A stretch of 64,000 nucleotides of DNA from an uncultured Candidatus Brevefilum sp. (GTDB lineage: Bacteria > Chloroflexota > Anaerolineae > Anaerolineales > Anaerolineaceae). Within the stretch, counting starts at the first letter, position 1. Every line of letters begins with the position of its first letter. The DNA lies in contig CAZLEK010000001.1 in NCBI GenBank assembly GCA_964558525.1, forward strand, positions 22,443 to 86,442, in the 5' to 3' direction. Under the pieces are notes generated by a model, which made no database searches, was not told the origin of the DNA, and saw only the letters and a program-made list of their open reading frames with translations. The position numbers and the translations under genes are program-made. Of this stretch, positions 17,765 to 27,883 are shown in pieces.

Positions 17765-20059
17765 TTACTCCTTATCGTTTAGATACTGGTAAGCGGCAAT
17801 CAGCGCCTGCCCAAGGGCCACACAACCATCATTGGGTGGTGTTTGGCGGTGGATCAGGGGTTGAAGGCCGTGAGCGTTCATCAACAGGAGCGTCTTTTCA
17901 AGCAAGAGCTGGTTCTGCCAGACGCCGCCAGAAAGGACGAAGCTGTTAATGCTTGCTTTCTTTTGAATGTCCAGAGCAATCTCCAGGGACATTTGTGCAA
18001 TGGTGTTGTGGAACTTGCCCGCCACTGTGGACGCCTGAGCGCCGCCTTTCAGGTCTGCCAGGAGCGCATCCAGCAGCGGATGGAGATCGATGACTTTGCC
18101 ATCCAACTGCCATGGATAATACCCCATGACTTCAGGGTCAGCCAATGCTTCCAATTCAATGGCTGCCTGCGCCTCATAGGAAATGGACTGCCGGATGTCC
18201 AACAGTGCAGAGACGGCGTCGAACAGGCGGCCCATGCTCGAGGTTGTGGGGGTGTTAAGCCCACTTTCAAGCTGTGTCTTCAGCGCTTTGATTTCATCAC
18301 CGGATAGAAATCGGACGGACGCCAGGTTTTCCTCCCAGGGGAAGCCGTATGCCCAGAGGGTGCTCAAGGCCATGCGAGCTGGCTTGCGGATGGACACATC
18401 ACCACCTGGCAGCGGCACAGGCTTAAGGTGGGCACGGCGTTCAAACGCCAGGCAATTCCCCACTAACACTTCGCCGCCCCAAATTGTGCCATCCTCCCCA
18501 TAGCCGGTACCGTCAAAGATCAACCCGGCCGTGGTTTGCAGCGGCGGAACGCCATTTTCGACCATCCCGGCGGCGAGATGCGCGTGGTGGTGCTGCACTG
18601 GGTAGCGCGGCAGGTCTTCATCCATCGCCCGCTCAAGGGCGTAATGGGTGGTGGTGTAATCCGGGTGCAGATCATAAGCGATGGCCTGGGGCTGGATCCG
18701 GAATAAAAATTCAAAATGCGCGACCGATTCCCGGTAGTCCTGGTAGGTTTCCCAGTGGTCCATTTCGCCAATGTGGTGGCTTAGGAAGGCATAGCGGTCT
18801 CGCGTCAGGCAGAAAGTATTCTTCATTTGCGGCCCCACCGCCAGGATTTGGGGAAGTTGATCGGAAAGCCGGATCGGGTTTGGGGCATAACCACGCGCCC
18901 GTCGGAGAGGATATGGCTGGCCGTTGATCAATGTGTAGACAGAGTCATCGATCCGGCGGTGGATTGGCCGGTCATGCAGCAAAAAGCCGTCTGCAACCTC
19001 CGCCAGTTGTTCGCGGGCGGCTGGATTTTCATGCAGGATAGGGGTTTCAGAGCGGTTGCCGCTGGTCATCACGAGAACCTTGGGAAAGCCCTTCTCAGGT
19101 TCAAGAAGGAGGAGGTGCAAGGGTGTGTACGGCAGCATAAAACCCAATCGAGATTGGCCAGGGGCGACCTCCTCAGCCAGGCTGGTTGAGGACTGCTTGG
19201 GGAGCAAGACGATCGGCGCTTGAGGGCCTGAAAGCAGGGTTTCCGCTTCCGTTGATATCTGTGCGAATTCGCGGATTTGCTTAAGACCAAAGGCCATTAA
19301 GGCGAAGGGTTTAGCGGGGCGGTCCTTGCGCGCTCGCAAGCGAGCCACGGCTTCCGGGTTGGCCGCATCACAGGCCAGGTGGAAGCCTCCCAGGCCCTTC
19401 ACTGCCAGGATCTTACCTTCCGCTAGAAATTGGCGCGCCAGGGTGATGGCCTCAGACTGATCCGCCGTGACTTGTCCAGGTTCAACCTCAAACCAGACCT
19501 GGGGCCCACAAGCCGGGCAGGCGACCGGTTGGGCGTGAAAGCGGCGGTCAGCGGGGTTTTCATATTCCTCTAGACAGTCCGCACACATTATAAAACCGGC
19601 CATGCTCGTTTTAGGACGGTCGTAAGGAATATCCTTGATGATGGAGAAGCGGGGGCCGCAATTCGTGCAGTTGATGAATGGATAGCGGTATCGGCGGTCT
19701 TGCGGATCGAATAATTCTTGCTGGCATTGTGCGCAGATGGCCACATCAGGAGAGATGGGAATGAAATCCGAACTGCGGTCCTTGCTTTTAATGATGGTGA
19801 AATCAGTAAAGGCTTGCAGATCTATTTCATGCGAATCGATTAAATCAATCTGGGCCAGGGGCGGCGCATCCAGGGGGATAGCATCCACAAAGGCCTGAAG
19901 ATCTGATTGGTTTCCGGTGACCTCAATATCCACACCGCTGGCGGAGTTCCGCACCCAACCCTTCAATCCGTATTGTTGGGCCAGGTTGTAGATAAAGGGC
20001 CGAAAACCAACCCCCTGGACGATGCCATTGATATGAATATGAAGGCTGGATGGGGACAT
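17765..20059 (-). CDS. hypF: Carbamoyltransferase HypF
   Basis: Acylphosphatase domain (GIVQGVGFRPF), two CxxC...CxxC zinc fingers, and YrdC plus Kae1-like domains; 764 aa. Confidence 0.95.
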   Translation of the reverse strand: MSPSSLHIHINGIVQGVGFRPFIYNLAQQYGLKGWVRNSASGVDIEVTGNQSDLQAFVDAIPLDAPPLAQIDLIDSHEIDLQAFTDFTIIKSKDRSSDFIPISPDVAICAQCQQELFDPQDRRYRYPFINCTNCGPRFSIIKDIPYDRPKTSMAGFIMCADCLEEYENPADRRFHAQPVACPACGPQVWFEVEPGQVTADQSEAITLARQFLAEGKILAVKGLGGFHLACDAANPEAVARLRARKDRPAKPFALMAFGLKQIREFAQISTEAETLLSGPQAPIVLLPKQSSTSLAEEVAPGQSRLGFMLPYTPLHLLLLEPEKGFPKVLVMTSGNRSETPILHENPAAREQLAEVADGFLLHDRPIHRRIDDSVYTLINGQPYPLRRARGYAPNPIRLSDQLPQILAVGPQMKNTFCLTRDRYAFLSHHIGEMDHWETYQDYRESVAHFEFLFRIQPQAIAYDLHPDYTTTHYALERAMDEDLPRYPVQHHHAHLAAGMVENGVPPLQTTAGLIFDGTGYGEDGTIWGGEVLVGNCLAFERRAHLKPVPLPGGDVSIRKPARMALSTLWAYGFPWEENLASVRFLSGDEIKALKTQLESGLNTPTTSSMGRLFDAVSALLDIRQSISYEAQAAIELEALADPEVMGYYPWQLDGKVIDLHPLLDALLADLKGGAQASTVAGKFHNTIAQMSLEIALDIQKKASINSFVLSGGVWQNQLLLEKTLLLMNAHGLQPLIHRQTPPNDGCVALGQALIAAYQYLNDKE

Positions 20060-20070
20060 CGGGATAATTT

Positions 20071-20736
20071 CTACCTGCCTGGCAGTTTAGAGCGCAACCA
20101 CTGGAGCCAGTTCTCCAGACCTTCACCGGTTTTACAGGACAGCGCGAAGGTTTGCAGCCCGGGGTTGAGCATTTCCACCCCTTTTTTGAAGTAATCCATA
20201 TCAAAATCAAGATAGGGCAGGAGATCGATTTTATTGATAATCAGAACATCCAGTCCGCGGTAGATATTGGGATACTTGTAGGGCTTATCGTCGCCTTCCG
20301 GCACGCTGGAGATGACGATACTGCTGTGCGTTCCCAAGTTAAAAGCAGCCGGGCAGATTAGATTGCCAACATTTTCGACGATCAGCAGATCCAGTTCATC
20401 CAATGGTAGCTGGGCCAATGCGCTTTCTATCATTAAAGAATCAAGATGACACTGCCCGCCGGTATTCACCTGGACGGCGGGCATTCCCGCCGCAGAAATT
20501 TTGTCTGAGTCGATGGTCACCGGCGCGGTATCACCCTCAATGACGCCAATTTGGACGTTTTCATCCAGCAAGGCATGGATGGTTGCCAGAATAAAGCTGG
20601 TTTTACCTGCCCCTGGCGATGCCATCAGGTTGATCGCATAGGTGTTGGATTTGTCGATCCGCCGGCGATTTTCATCTGCCAGGCGGTCATTTTCACTTAG
20701 AATTTTTTCAACAATGGTTACGCGTTTTTCACTCAT
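20071..20736 (-). CDS. hypB: Hydrogenase nickel-insertion GTPase HypB
   Basis: SPGAGKTS P-loop and an NKIDL motif. A short form with no His-rich or CxxCGC N-terminus. Confidence 0.93.
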   Translation of the reverse strand: MSEKRVTIVEKILSENDRLADENRRRIDKSNTYAINLMASPGAGKTSFILATIHALLDENVQIGVIEGDTAPVTIDSDKISAAGMPAVQVNTGGQCHLDSLMIESALAQLPLDELDLLIVENVGNLICPAAFNLGTHSSIVISSVPEGDDKPYKYPNIYRGLDVLIINKIDLLPYLDFDMDYFKKGVEMLNPGLQTFALSCKTGEGLENWLQWLRSKLPGR

Positions 20737-21083
20737 GATTCCCTTTGTATTTCGATGCTGTCCAGATTAAATTCATCGCCGGAAAGAACTTTTATCCTGG
20801 CGCTGCCGCAGTTTGGGCAGGGTTGAAGCTCATCCTCTAGTGCATATTCACACTGGCACTCGAGGCAGATCAGTTTGGCCGGGACCCGTTTGAAATGCAG
20901 TTTGGCATCCTCACAGAGGGTGTCCTTACTGATCATTTCCCAGTAAAACTGAACGGAGTCATCCACGATGCTGGACAGGCGGCCAATTTCAAGGTAAATA
21001 TCGGTGACTTTCGTCGCCTGGGCTTTTTCAGCATGCTTACAAGCGATCTCAAGCACGCTTTCGGTTACTGAAAGTTCATGCAT
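20733..21083 (-). CDS. hypA: Hydrogenase nickel-insertion protein HypA
   Basis: MHE N-terminus and CLECQ...CPNCGS zinc site. Its stop overlaps the hypB start. Confidence 0.9.
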   Translation of the reverse strand: MHELSVTESVLEIACKHAEKAQATKVTDIYLEIGRLSSIVDDSVQFYWEMISKDTLCEDAKLHFKRVPAKLICLECQCEYALEDELQPCPNCGSARIKVLSGDEFNLDSIEIQRES

Positions 21084-21128
21084 TACCTTATTATAAACCT
21101 TTTAGGATAATAATTATAGTATTTGGGG

Positions 21129-21605
21129 TCAATCGCTCTGGCAGGACAGGATGCCGAGGAGATGCAGGCGATGGTTCAACATGCGAGAAGCCACAATGTT
21201 TGCCAGCCTACGCATTATGATGAAACCCAGGTTGCAATCCAACTCACAGACGGCCATCAGCCTGTCAGCCGGAAAAGTGAGCAGGTTGGCGCGCTCCAAA
21301 ACACGGGCGGTGCTGGTTTTTTGCCTTACCACGGGAGTCAGGCTGGACCAACCGATGACATCCAAAGATTCAGCTGTCAGGATCGGCAGTGAGCCATGCC
21401 CCGGGACGTAGCTTTCAAGACACACCCGTCCTTCCAGGATGATATACAGGAAGGGATGCTGTTCGCCTTCTGAAAAAATGACGTCGCCTCTTTCGTAGGT
21501 GCGAATTTCCGCGATCTTGGTTAAACGCTGAAGGCTGTCTGGGGCCAGTTCCAAGAACCAGGGAATGGTCTTTATTGTGGATGTCAAATCAGCCTGATTA
21601 AGCAT
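21129..21605 (-). CDS. Stand-alone cyclic-nucleotide-binding-domain protein
   Basis: 158 aa with a cNMP-binding beta-barrel pattern (GDVIFSEGEQHPFLYIILEGRV...). No HTH or other output domain follows. Confidence 0.8.
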   Translation of the reverse strand: MLNQADLTSTIKTIPWFLELAPDSLQRLTKIAEIRTYERGDVIFSEGEQHPFLYIILEGRVCLESYVPGHGSLPILTAESLDVIGWSSLTPVVRQKTSTARVLERANLLTFPADRLMAVCELDCNLGFIIMRRLANIVASRMLNHRLHLLGILSCQSD

Positions 21606-21717
21606 TCTTTACCTCAGAGGGATTTTCCCTAAATTATCTGCTTACATAATTTACTTGCGGAATAGATTTTTTGAAATTGCCAGATGTCATTTACCCAATG
21701 TGATAACCCTCATTGAC

Positions 21718-22215
21718 TTAATCCCTGTCGGCAACCCACTTCCAAATCCGCTGGGTCGCTTTTTCTGCCAGGGCAGCCGTTTTGGGGCTGAGTTCACGCT
21801 CAAACTCAAAGTGGAAACCCCGCACGGAAACGAGGATCGCTTCTGGTATTCGGTCATAGATCGCGCCAGCAATGGAGAGAACTGTTCTGGGGGACATATG
21901 GTGCGTCAGCGGAGATTTCTCGTATTCTGGCGAGAGCTCAACCCAGGCGATCTCTTCCGGGATATCAGATGTATGCGCGTCTACGAAGCACACCCGATTG
22001 TAATGAGAGATGTCTTCTGCCAATTCCGGGTAGATCTGGAGGATGAACATCAGGTCAACGGTATCGCTTTCAACCTCGATGGCGGCGCCGGGGTCTTCCG
22101 GTATGCTGGCGCCGACCTTTTCAGCCAGGGCTTTAAGGATGTGCCAGCCCACGCCATCATCCTGGCGGTCAGCATTGCCATATCCGATCACAAGCGTATC
22201 TGCTTTCATAACCAA
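21718..22215 (-). CDS. hoxW: NiFe hydrogenase maturation endopeptidase (HoxW/HycI family)
   Basis: VIGYGNADRQDDGVGWH motif. Lies directly downstream of hoxH. Confidence 0.85.
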   Translation of the reverse strand: MVMKADTLVIGYGNADRQDDGVGWHILKALAEKVGASIPEDPGAAIEVESDTVDLMFILQIYPELAEDISHYNRVCFVDAHTSDIPEEIAWVELSPEYEKSPLTHHMSPRTVLSIAGAIYDRIPEAILVSVRGFHFEFERELSPKTAALAEKATQRIWKWVADRD

Positions 22216-22280
22216 TTCCCCTAAGTCAAGGTGGTGAACCCCTCCTGATGAAATGAAAAAGGAGGGGTTGTTGTTTGGGT

Positions 22281-23708
22281 CTAATCCCGTTGGAGGGTCT
22301 GAAGCACTTTGCCTTCAGGGTCCAATACATCGATTTGGATTGGCATTTGGCCAATCGCATGTGTGGAACAGGAGAGGCAGGGGTCGTAGGCGCGAATGGC
22401 GGCCTCCACCCGGTTGAGCATGCCCTCTTGAACCTGAGGTCCTTTGACGTAGGTTTTCGCAACGGAATCCACCGCTTCGCTCATCGCCCAGTTGTTGTGG
22501 CCGGTGGAGACGATCAGATTGACCCGCTCGAGCTGGCCGCTGGGTTTGGCTTTGTAATGGTGGAACAAAGTGCCGCGCGGCGCTTCGATCACGCCTACGC
22601 CCTCGCCTTTGAAGTTAAATTTCTTATTGAGGATGTCCTTGCTCAAAATATCCGGATCTTCCAGGAGTTCGCGGGTCCGTTCAACAGCAAAGAGGGTTTC
22701 GATCAGGCGGGCATAATGGTAGTACAGGGTTTGCGGGACGGGTTTGCCGCCATTGATCTGCCGGTAAACCTCGAACTCTTTTTGCGCCAGGGGCGTATCG
22801 ATTTTGTCAATCGCATTCAAACGTCCCAGGGGGCCCACCCTGTAGACGCCTTCCGGCCAGCCCATCTTTTTGTAATATGGGAATTTGAGATAGGACCAAT
22901 CTTCGACATGCTCAGATACTATCTCCAGGTAGTCTTGAGCGTCAAAACACTCAAGCTGCTTCCCGTCTTTGTCGACGAGCCGAATGTTGCCTTCGTAAAG
23001 CTCCAACCCATTTTCAGGCGTCACCAGGCCAAAATAGCCTGTGTCAAAGACAGCGAATTTTTCGACATCTTCAATATTGGCATCGGCCCAATCTTTGATC
23101 AGTTGGATCCCGATCAAAGTGGTTTCCTGGGCTTTTTCGAGGCCAGCGCGCATATGATCACGTTTTTCTTCAGTCAGGGCCCGATTGACCCCGCCAGGTA
23201 CGGCGAAGTTCGGGTGGATCCTTCGGCCGCCCACCTGGTAAATGATGTCCTGCCCGAATTTTCGCAGTTGTACGGCTCGTACGGTCAGGTCCGGGTCAGC
23301 GCCGATCAAACCCACGACATTGCGAGTAGCTGGTTCGGCATCAAAGCCCAAGATCAAATCAGGTCCGGCGAGTTCGAAGAAATGCATGCCGTGGCTCTGG
23401 ATGATCTGTCCCATGTGCATGAGTTCACGCAGCAGGGAGGCTGGACGAGGCGGTTCCACACCCATGACGATATCGCCAGCTTTGGCGGCGGCAAGGTGAT
23501 GGCTTACCGGGCAGATCCCACAAATGCGAGGTGTGATCTGCGGCATTTCAAACACCATGCGCCCTTCACAGAATTTTTCGAAGCCTCGGAATTCGTTGAC
23601 ATGGAAATAAGCATGGTCAACAGCGCCGTCATCATTCATATGGATGGTGACCTTGGCGTGACCTTCAATTCGGGTCACTGGTTCAATGGTTATTTTTTCA
23701 GTTGCCAT
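22281..23708 (-). CDS. hoxH: NiFe hydrogenase large subunit, bidirectional group-3d-like
   Basis: [10 protein letters not shown] (N-terminal ligands) and [10 protein letters not shown] (C-terminal ligands) plus a tail of about 25 aa for endopeptidase cleavage. The ATG at 23708 is preceded by AGGAGA. Confidence 0.95.
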   Translation of the reverse strand: MATEKITIEPVTRIEGHAKVTIHMNDDGAVDHAYFHVNEFRGFEKFCEGRMVFEMPQITPRICGICPVSHHLAAAKAGDIVMGVEPPRPASLLRELMHMGQIIQSHGMHFFELAGPDLILGFDAEPATRNVVGLIGADPDLTVRAVQLRKFGQDIIYQVGGRRIHPNFAVPGGVNRALTEEKRDHMRAGLEKAQETTLIGIQLIKDWADANIEDVEKFAVFDTGYFGLVTPENGLELYEGNIRLVDKDGKQLECFDAQDYLEIVSEHVEDWSYLKFPYYKKMGWPEGVYRVGPLGRLNAIDKIDTPLAQKEFEVYRQINGGKPVPQTLYYHYARLIETLFAVERTRELLEDPDILSKDILNKKFNFKGEGVGVIEAPRGTLFHHYKAKPSGQLERVNLIVSTGHNNWAMSEAVDSVAKTYVKGPQVQEGMLNRVEAAIRAYDPCLSCSTHAIGQMPIQIDVLDPEGKVLQTLQRD

Positions 23709-23718
23709 AAGTTTTCTC

Positions 23719-24261
23719 CTAGTGCCAGTGCAGTTTTTCATCTTTAATGTCTGGGATGCGGCCCTGGGCCAGCTCCGTCAGCGCATAAAAGATCACATCT
23801 GCATCGGGGGGACAACCGGGGATGTGCAGGTCTACTTTCACAACCTCTTGGACTGCACGCACCCGGGTCATAACTGCTAATTCAGGCGATGAGGGAATTT
23901 TGCCTTCTTGGTCATTGCTCTCCGCCTCAATATAGGCTCGTTTAAGGGCAGCATCCACGCCCACGAAGTTGCGCATGGCAGGAACGCCGCCGAAAACCGC
24001 GCAGTCTCCCAGGGCAACCAGGAATTTGCTGCGTGCGCGCATCTTTTTGGCGACCTCCTCGTTATAGGTATTGTTGATCCCACCTTCGAGGATTCCGACG
24101 TCCACGCCATCCTCATCCGGTTCTTTCAGGTCAGTGATGGGGGTCGATCGCAAATCCACCAGTTCCACAACCTGCAAGATACGTTCATCAATATCCAGGA
24201 TGGACATATGGCAGCCAGCGCAACCACACAACCAATCCGTTGCTACTTTAGGTTTTGACAT
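23719..24261 (-). CDS. hoxY: NiFe hydrogenase small subunit (HoxY type)
   Basis: 180 aa with WLCGCAGCHMS proximal-cluster motif and GCPP. Confidence 0.9.
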   Translation of the reverse strand: MSKPKVATDWLCGCAGCHMSILDIDERILQVVELVDLRSTPITDLKEPDEDGVDVGILEGGINNTYNEEVAKKMRARSKFLVALGDCAVFGGVPAMRNFVGVDAALKRAYIEAESNDQEGKIPSSPELAVMTRVRAVQEVVKVDLHIPGCPPDADVIFYALTELAQGRIPDIKDEKLHWH

Positions 24262-24306
24262 TTAAGCTTCCTTTCAACTCATCAACCAGTATTTTACCGG
24301 GATTTG

Positions 24307-26202
24307 TCATGCTTCCTGTAATGCCACAGTGGGGGTGCGGGCCTTCAGGCTGGCTTCCCAATCTGTTTCAGGTTCAAGCGAGAGCGTTTCTGCGATTCTT
24401 TGCAGGGCTTCTTGGGAAGAAAGGACGCCCTCTGGGGATTCCAGGGCCTGCACAGCCCTCTGTAAGCGCCCATCAAGGCTCAAATAGGTCCCAGATTGCT
24501 CCGCCCACATGGCGACGGGGAGGACGACATCGGCATTGCCGGTCAGCTGCGAGCCGTAGGCGGCCTGAGCCACCACAAAGGGGACTTCTTCTAAGGTCTT
24601 TGTCAGCTTCTGAGAGGGCTCTTCATCTCCCAGCAGAACAAACGCCGATTGGATCCCGTCGGTTTTAATGGCTGCTTCCAACTCAAGCTGGGCTGCAGCC
24701 ATGCTGTTGGCATCGCCTTTGACCCCAATCAGAGCGGCATCCAAGACCTCCGCCAGCTTGAGCAGGGTTTGAAGCGCGGCTTTATCGGCATTCTCGGCAA
24801 AAGACGCGCCGTAAATGATGCAGGGTTTTTCTGCATTCTGCAGCGCCTCCGCTGCCTTGTTCAAGGCCTCGTCATCCGAACCTTTTTCCACTGCCTTCAG
24901 CAGTTCAGCCAGGAATTGTGATTCATCGCCGGGTTTGAGGGTCAATGAGTCTGTGGCGTTTTCAACCAGCTGGTTTTTTTCGCCGCCAGCAACGATCAGC
25001 CGGGTGCCTTCCAGGAGCTGGCGTTTGATGAAGAAACCAGCCACCTGGTGTTCGTTGACCAGGTCGAGTTCAAGCGACAGCACGGCGTCCGTGTGCTTGA
25101 GCGCATTCAGGCTGGATTCGAAGGGTTTGCCCAGCTCATCAGCCAGAGCGGATAAGGCGGCCGTCGGTTTGCCCTCTTCCAGGCTGGTGACCAGTCCGGC
25201 TTTGAGACCATCGGCGAAGATGGCTTTGAACAGGGCCAAATCCTCCACAGGCAGGCGGGTGGACGCCATTGCAGCCAGGCCTTCGCCGTTACCAAGACCG
25301 TCTGCAACCGCCTGGAGGGCTTCTTCCCAGGTGGCAGCTTTGAGGCTGCCGTTTTTCCGCACCAGAGGCGTTAATAAACGAGAGCGGTCGTCTTCCAGGG
25401 GCAGGAAGCGGCCTTTGTCACACAGCAGGCCGTGGTTGGGTTCTGCATCCCATTCACCTTCGATGCGGATCAGGCGGTTGTCCCGGGTGAGGACATCGCG
25501 CTGGCAGCCGACCGAGCATTCCACGCAGACACCTACATGGTGGTCGACTTCGGTCTCTTTGCCCTGGTAGGCGCTCTGGCGGTCGATCAAGGCGCCGGTG
25601 GGACAGATCTGCACACAGGTGCCGCAGGAGATGCAGGTGCTCTCTCCCAGGGGCACGTTGTAATCCGCCACCAACAGGCTGTCTGCACCGCGCTCTTCAA
25701 AGCCGAGGGTGTAATTGCCCACCAGCTCCCCACAGGCGCGAACGCAGCGGCGGCAGAGGATGCAGCGGTTGTTGTCCAGTACGATGAAGGGGTGCGAGGC
25801 GTCGACTTCAAAGGGCTGCCAGTTCGGCTGGAGATCCCAATGGGTCATGTCTTCATCATAGGCCCGGTTTTGAAGTTCACAGTCGCCATCGCTGACCGGG
25901 CAGTACATGCAGAAATGGTTGCGTTCACTAAAGATCAGGGTCAACACGAATTTACGGGCGTTTACGATCTTTTCGGTATTGGTTTTGACCACCATACCGT
26001 CAGTGGCTGGGAGTGTGCAGGAGGGCTGCAGTGTGCGGGCGCCCTCGACTTCCACCATGCACAGCCGGCAGCCGCCGTATGGGGTCAGTTGAGGATGGTG
26101 GCACAGGGTGGGGACGTACAGACCAGCCGCTTCTGCAGCCTCCAATACGGTGGTTCCTTCCTGCACCTCAATCGTTTTATCGTCAATTGTGAGTTTTATC
26201 AT
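24307..26202 (-). CDS. hoxU: NuoG-like Fe-S subunit in the HoxU position
   Basis: Domain order: [2Fe-2S] (CHHP...CRLC...C), His/Cys cluster (HFCMYCPVSDGDC), two CxxCxxCxxxCP motifs, a molybdopterin-oxidoreductase-type 4Fe-4S motif (CVECSVGC...C), then about 330 aa that are nearly Cys-free. The start is at 26202 (GGAG upstream) or 26217. Confidence 0.85.
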   Translation of the reverse strand: MIKLTIDDKTIEVQEGTTVLEAAEAAGLYVPTLCHHPQLTPYGGCRLCMVEVEGARTLQPSCTLPATDGMVVKTNTEKIVNARKFVLTLIFSERNHFCMYCPVSDGDCELQNRAYDEDMTHWDLQPNWQPFEVDASHPFIVLDNNRCILCRRCVRACGELVGNYTLGFEERGADSLLVADYNVPLGESTCISCGTCVQICPTGALIDRQSAYQGKETEVDHHVGVCVECSVGCQRDVLTRDNRLIRIEGEWDAEPNHGLLCDKGRFLPLEDDRSRLLTPLVRKNGSLKAATWEEALQAVADGLGNGEGLAAMASTRLPVEDLALFKAIFADGLKAGLVTSLEEGKPTAALSALADELGKPFESSLNALKHTDAVLSLELDLVNEHQVAGFFIKRQLLEGTRLIVAGGEKNQLVENATDSLTLKPGDESQFLAELLKAVEKGSDDEALNKAAEALQNAEKPCIIYGASFAENADKAALQTLLKLAEVLDAALIGVKGDANSMAAAQLELEAAIKTDGIQSAFVLLGDEEPSQKLTKTLEEVPFVVAQAAYGSQLTGNADVVLPVAMWAEQSGTYLSLDGRLQRAVQALESPEGVLSSQEALQRIAETLSLEPETDWEASLKARTPTVALQEA

Positions 26203-26227
26203 GTTCTGATACTCCATTAATTGTTTT

Positions 26228-27874
26228 TCAGTCGATCTGATGTGCCCGGCGTCCGCTCATGGGGCAGACGCCTGCGGGACAAACTTTGAGTTTGATATGG
26301 GCTTCAACTTCCGCCCGGAAATGGTCTAAGATGTCGTTGAGGGGTGAGCCGGCTGTTTGGCCTAGTCCGCAGTTGGAGAGCTGGATCAGCTGCTCGCTCA
26401 TCATCTGCATGTCCTCCAAATCTTGCAGGGTTCCAACACCCTCTGCAATGTTCGAAAGGATCTCAAAGGCGCGCTTATTTCCGATCCGGCAGGGGTTGCA
26501 CTTGCCGCAGCTTTCCTGGCGGAAGAAGTTCAGCAGCACTTTCGCTAGGTCCACCACACAGGTTTCCTGATTGGCGATCAGCAGCGCACCGGAGCCCAGG
26601 GAAACCCCCGCCTTGCTGAAGGAGTCAAAATCCATGGGTGTATCCTGCAGGCTGGCTGGAATGATGGAACCGCTTGATCCACCGGTCTGGGCAAGTTTGA
26701 AGCTGGACCCATTCTTCATCCCTTTGGCGTAAATTGAGATGACCTCCCGCAGGGTGATTCCCATGGGAACCTCGATCAAACCGGTCACATTGACATTGCC
26801 CAAGATGGTATAAACCTTGGTGCCCGGGCTGGAAGGGGTACCGATGGCTTTATACCAGTCGGCCCCATTCCGGATGATGGCCGGAATATTTGCCAGGGTT
26901 TCCACGTTGTTGACCAGGGTGGGTTTGGCCCACAGGCCAGCTGTGGTGGGATAGGGTGGACGGGGACGGGGTTCGCCCCGATTGCCCTCAATCGATTCGA
27001 TCAAGGCCGTTTCTTCACCGCAGATATAGGCCCCCGCGCCGGCATGGATATGCAGGTCGAAGGAAAAGTCCGTCCCGAAAATCTCTTCACCCAGCAGGCC
27101 GTATTCTCGAGCTTGTCGGATGGCTTTCTTCATGCGGGTGATGGCCAACCCATATTCACCGCGAATGTAAACAAAGCCTTCATCGGCGCCAACGGCATAG
27201 GCGGCGATCATCATTGCTTCAATGATGGCATGCGGGTCGCCCTCGAGGACCAGGCGATCTTTAAAAGTACCCGGTTCGCTTTCATCGGCATTGCAGATCA
27301 CATATTTTTTGTCGCCCTTAGCGCCGGAGACAAACTGCCATTTCAAACCGGTGGGGAAACCTGCGCCGCCGCGTCCCCGCAGGCCTGACTTTTTAATCTC
27401 GTCGATGACCGCTTCGGAGGTCATCTCTTTAAGGACTGTTCCAAGCGCCTCGTAGCCTTCTTTGATGATGTACTCATCAATGTTCTCCGGGTCAATCAGG
27501 CCGACGTTTTTTAGAACGATGCGGTTTTCCGCCGGCAGGCTGCCCTTGCGGGAAGTCAACCAGGCGATCCGGCCAGACAGGTCGTAGGGGGAAATTTGCT
27601 TTTCCTCAACCACACGACCTTTGTAGAGGTGTTCTTCCACAATTTCCGAAACATCCTCAGGGGTTACCCGGCCGTAAATGACGGCATCGGGGTAGACCAG
27701 CACGAGGGGATTATGGCCGAGCTTATCGATGTCATTGGCCATCGAAAGCGAAATTTCTTCTTCCAGGCCGTAGGCCTGAATTTGCCTTTGGAGCTGGTTA
27801 AAAACCTCCAGCGCGCCCTGTTCCAGGCTGTCAGGATCGCTTGATACCAGTACCATTGATCGTGTTGCTTTCAT
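26228..27874 (-). CDS. hoxF: NuoF-like NAD(P)H/FMN diaphorase subunit
   Basis: GLRGRGGAGFPTGLKW FMN/NADH motifs and ESCGKCNPCR...CGLG N3 cluster. No C-terminal ferredoxin tail. Confidence 0.9.
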   Translation of the reverse strand: MKATRSMVLVSSDPDSLEQGALEVFNQLQRQIQAYGLEEEISLSMANDIDKLGHNPLVLVYPDAVIYGRVTPEDVSEIVEEHLYKGRVVEEKQISPYDLSGRIAWLTSRKGSLPAENRIVLKNVGLIDPENIDEYIIKEGYEALGTVLKEMTSEAVIDEIKKSGLRGRGGAGFPTGLKWQFVSGAKGDKKYVICNADESEPGTFKDRLVLEGDPHAIIEAMMIAAYAVGADEGFVYIRGEYGLAITRMKKAIRQAREYGLLGEEIFGTDFSFDLHIHAGAGAYICGEETALIESIEGNRGEPRPRPPYPTTAGLWAKPTLVNNVETLANIPAIIRNGADWYKAIGTPSSPGTKVYTILGNVNVTGLIEVPMGITLREVISIYAKGMKNGSSFKLAQTGGSSGSIIPASLQDTPMDFDSFSKAGVSLGSGALLIANQETCVVDLAKVLLNFFRQESCGKCNPCRIGNKRAFEILSNIAEGVGTLQDLEDMQMMSEQLIQLSNCGLGQTAGSPLNDILDHFRAEVEAHIKLKVCPAGVCPMSGRRAHQID

Positions 27875-27883
27875 CAGGCTCTC

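Noticed and set aside
22275-23747. A 490-aa ORF on the plus strand
   Set aside because: It lies exactly antisense to hoxH, whose NiFe ligand motifs make the minus-strand reading certain. The plus-strand translation is low-complexity with no recognisable motifs, so it is a shadow ORF.
24815-26220. Two plus-strand ORFs of 251 and 262 aa
   Set aside because: Both are antisense to the NuoG-like hoxU, whose Fe-S motifs fix the coding strand. Their Ser/Ala/Arg-rich composition is typical of shadow frames. The same reasoning applies to 59630..60208, 60475..61227, 61952..62587 and 62630..63466.
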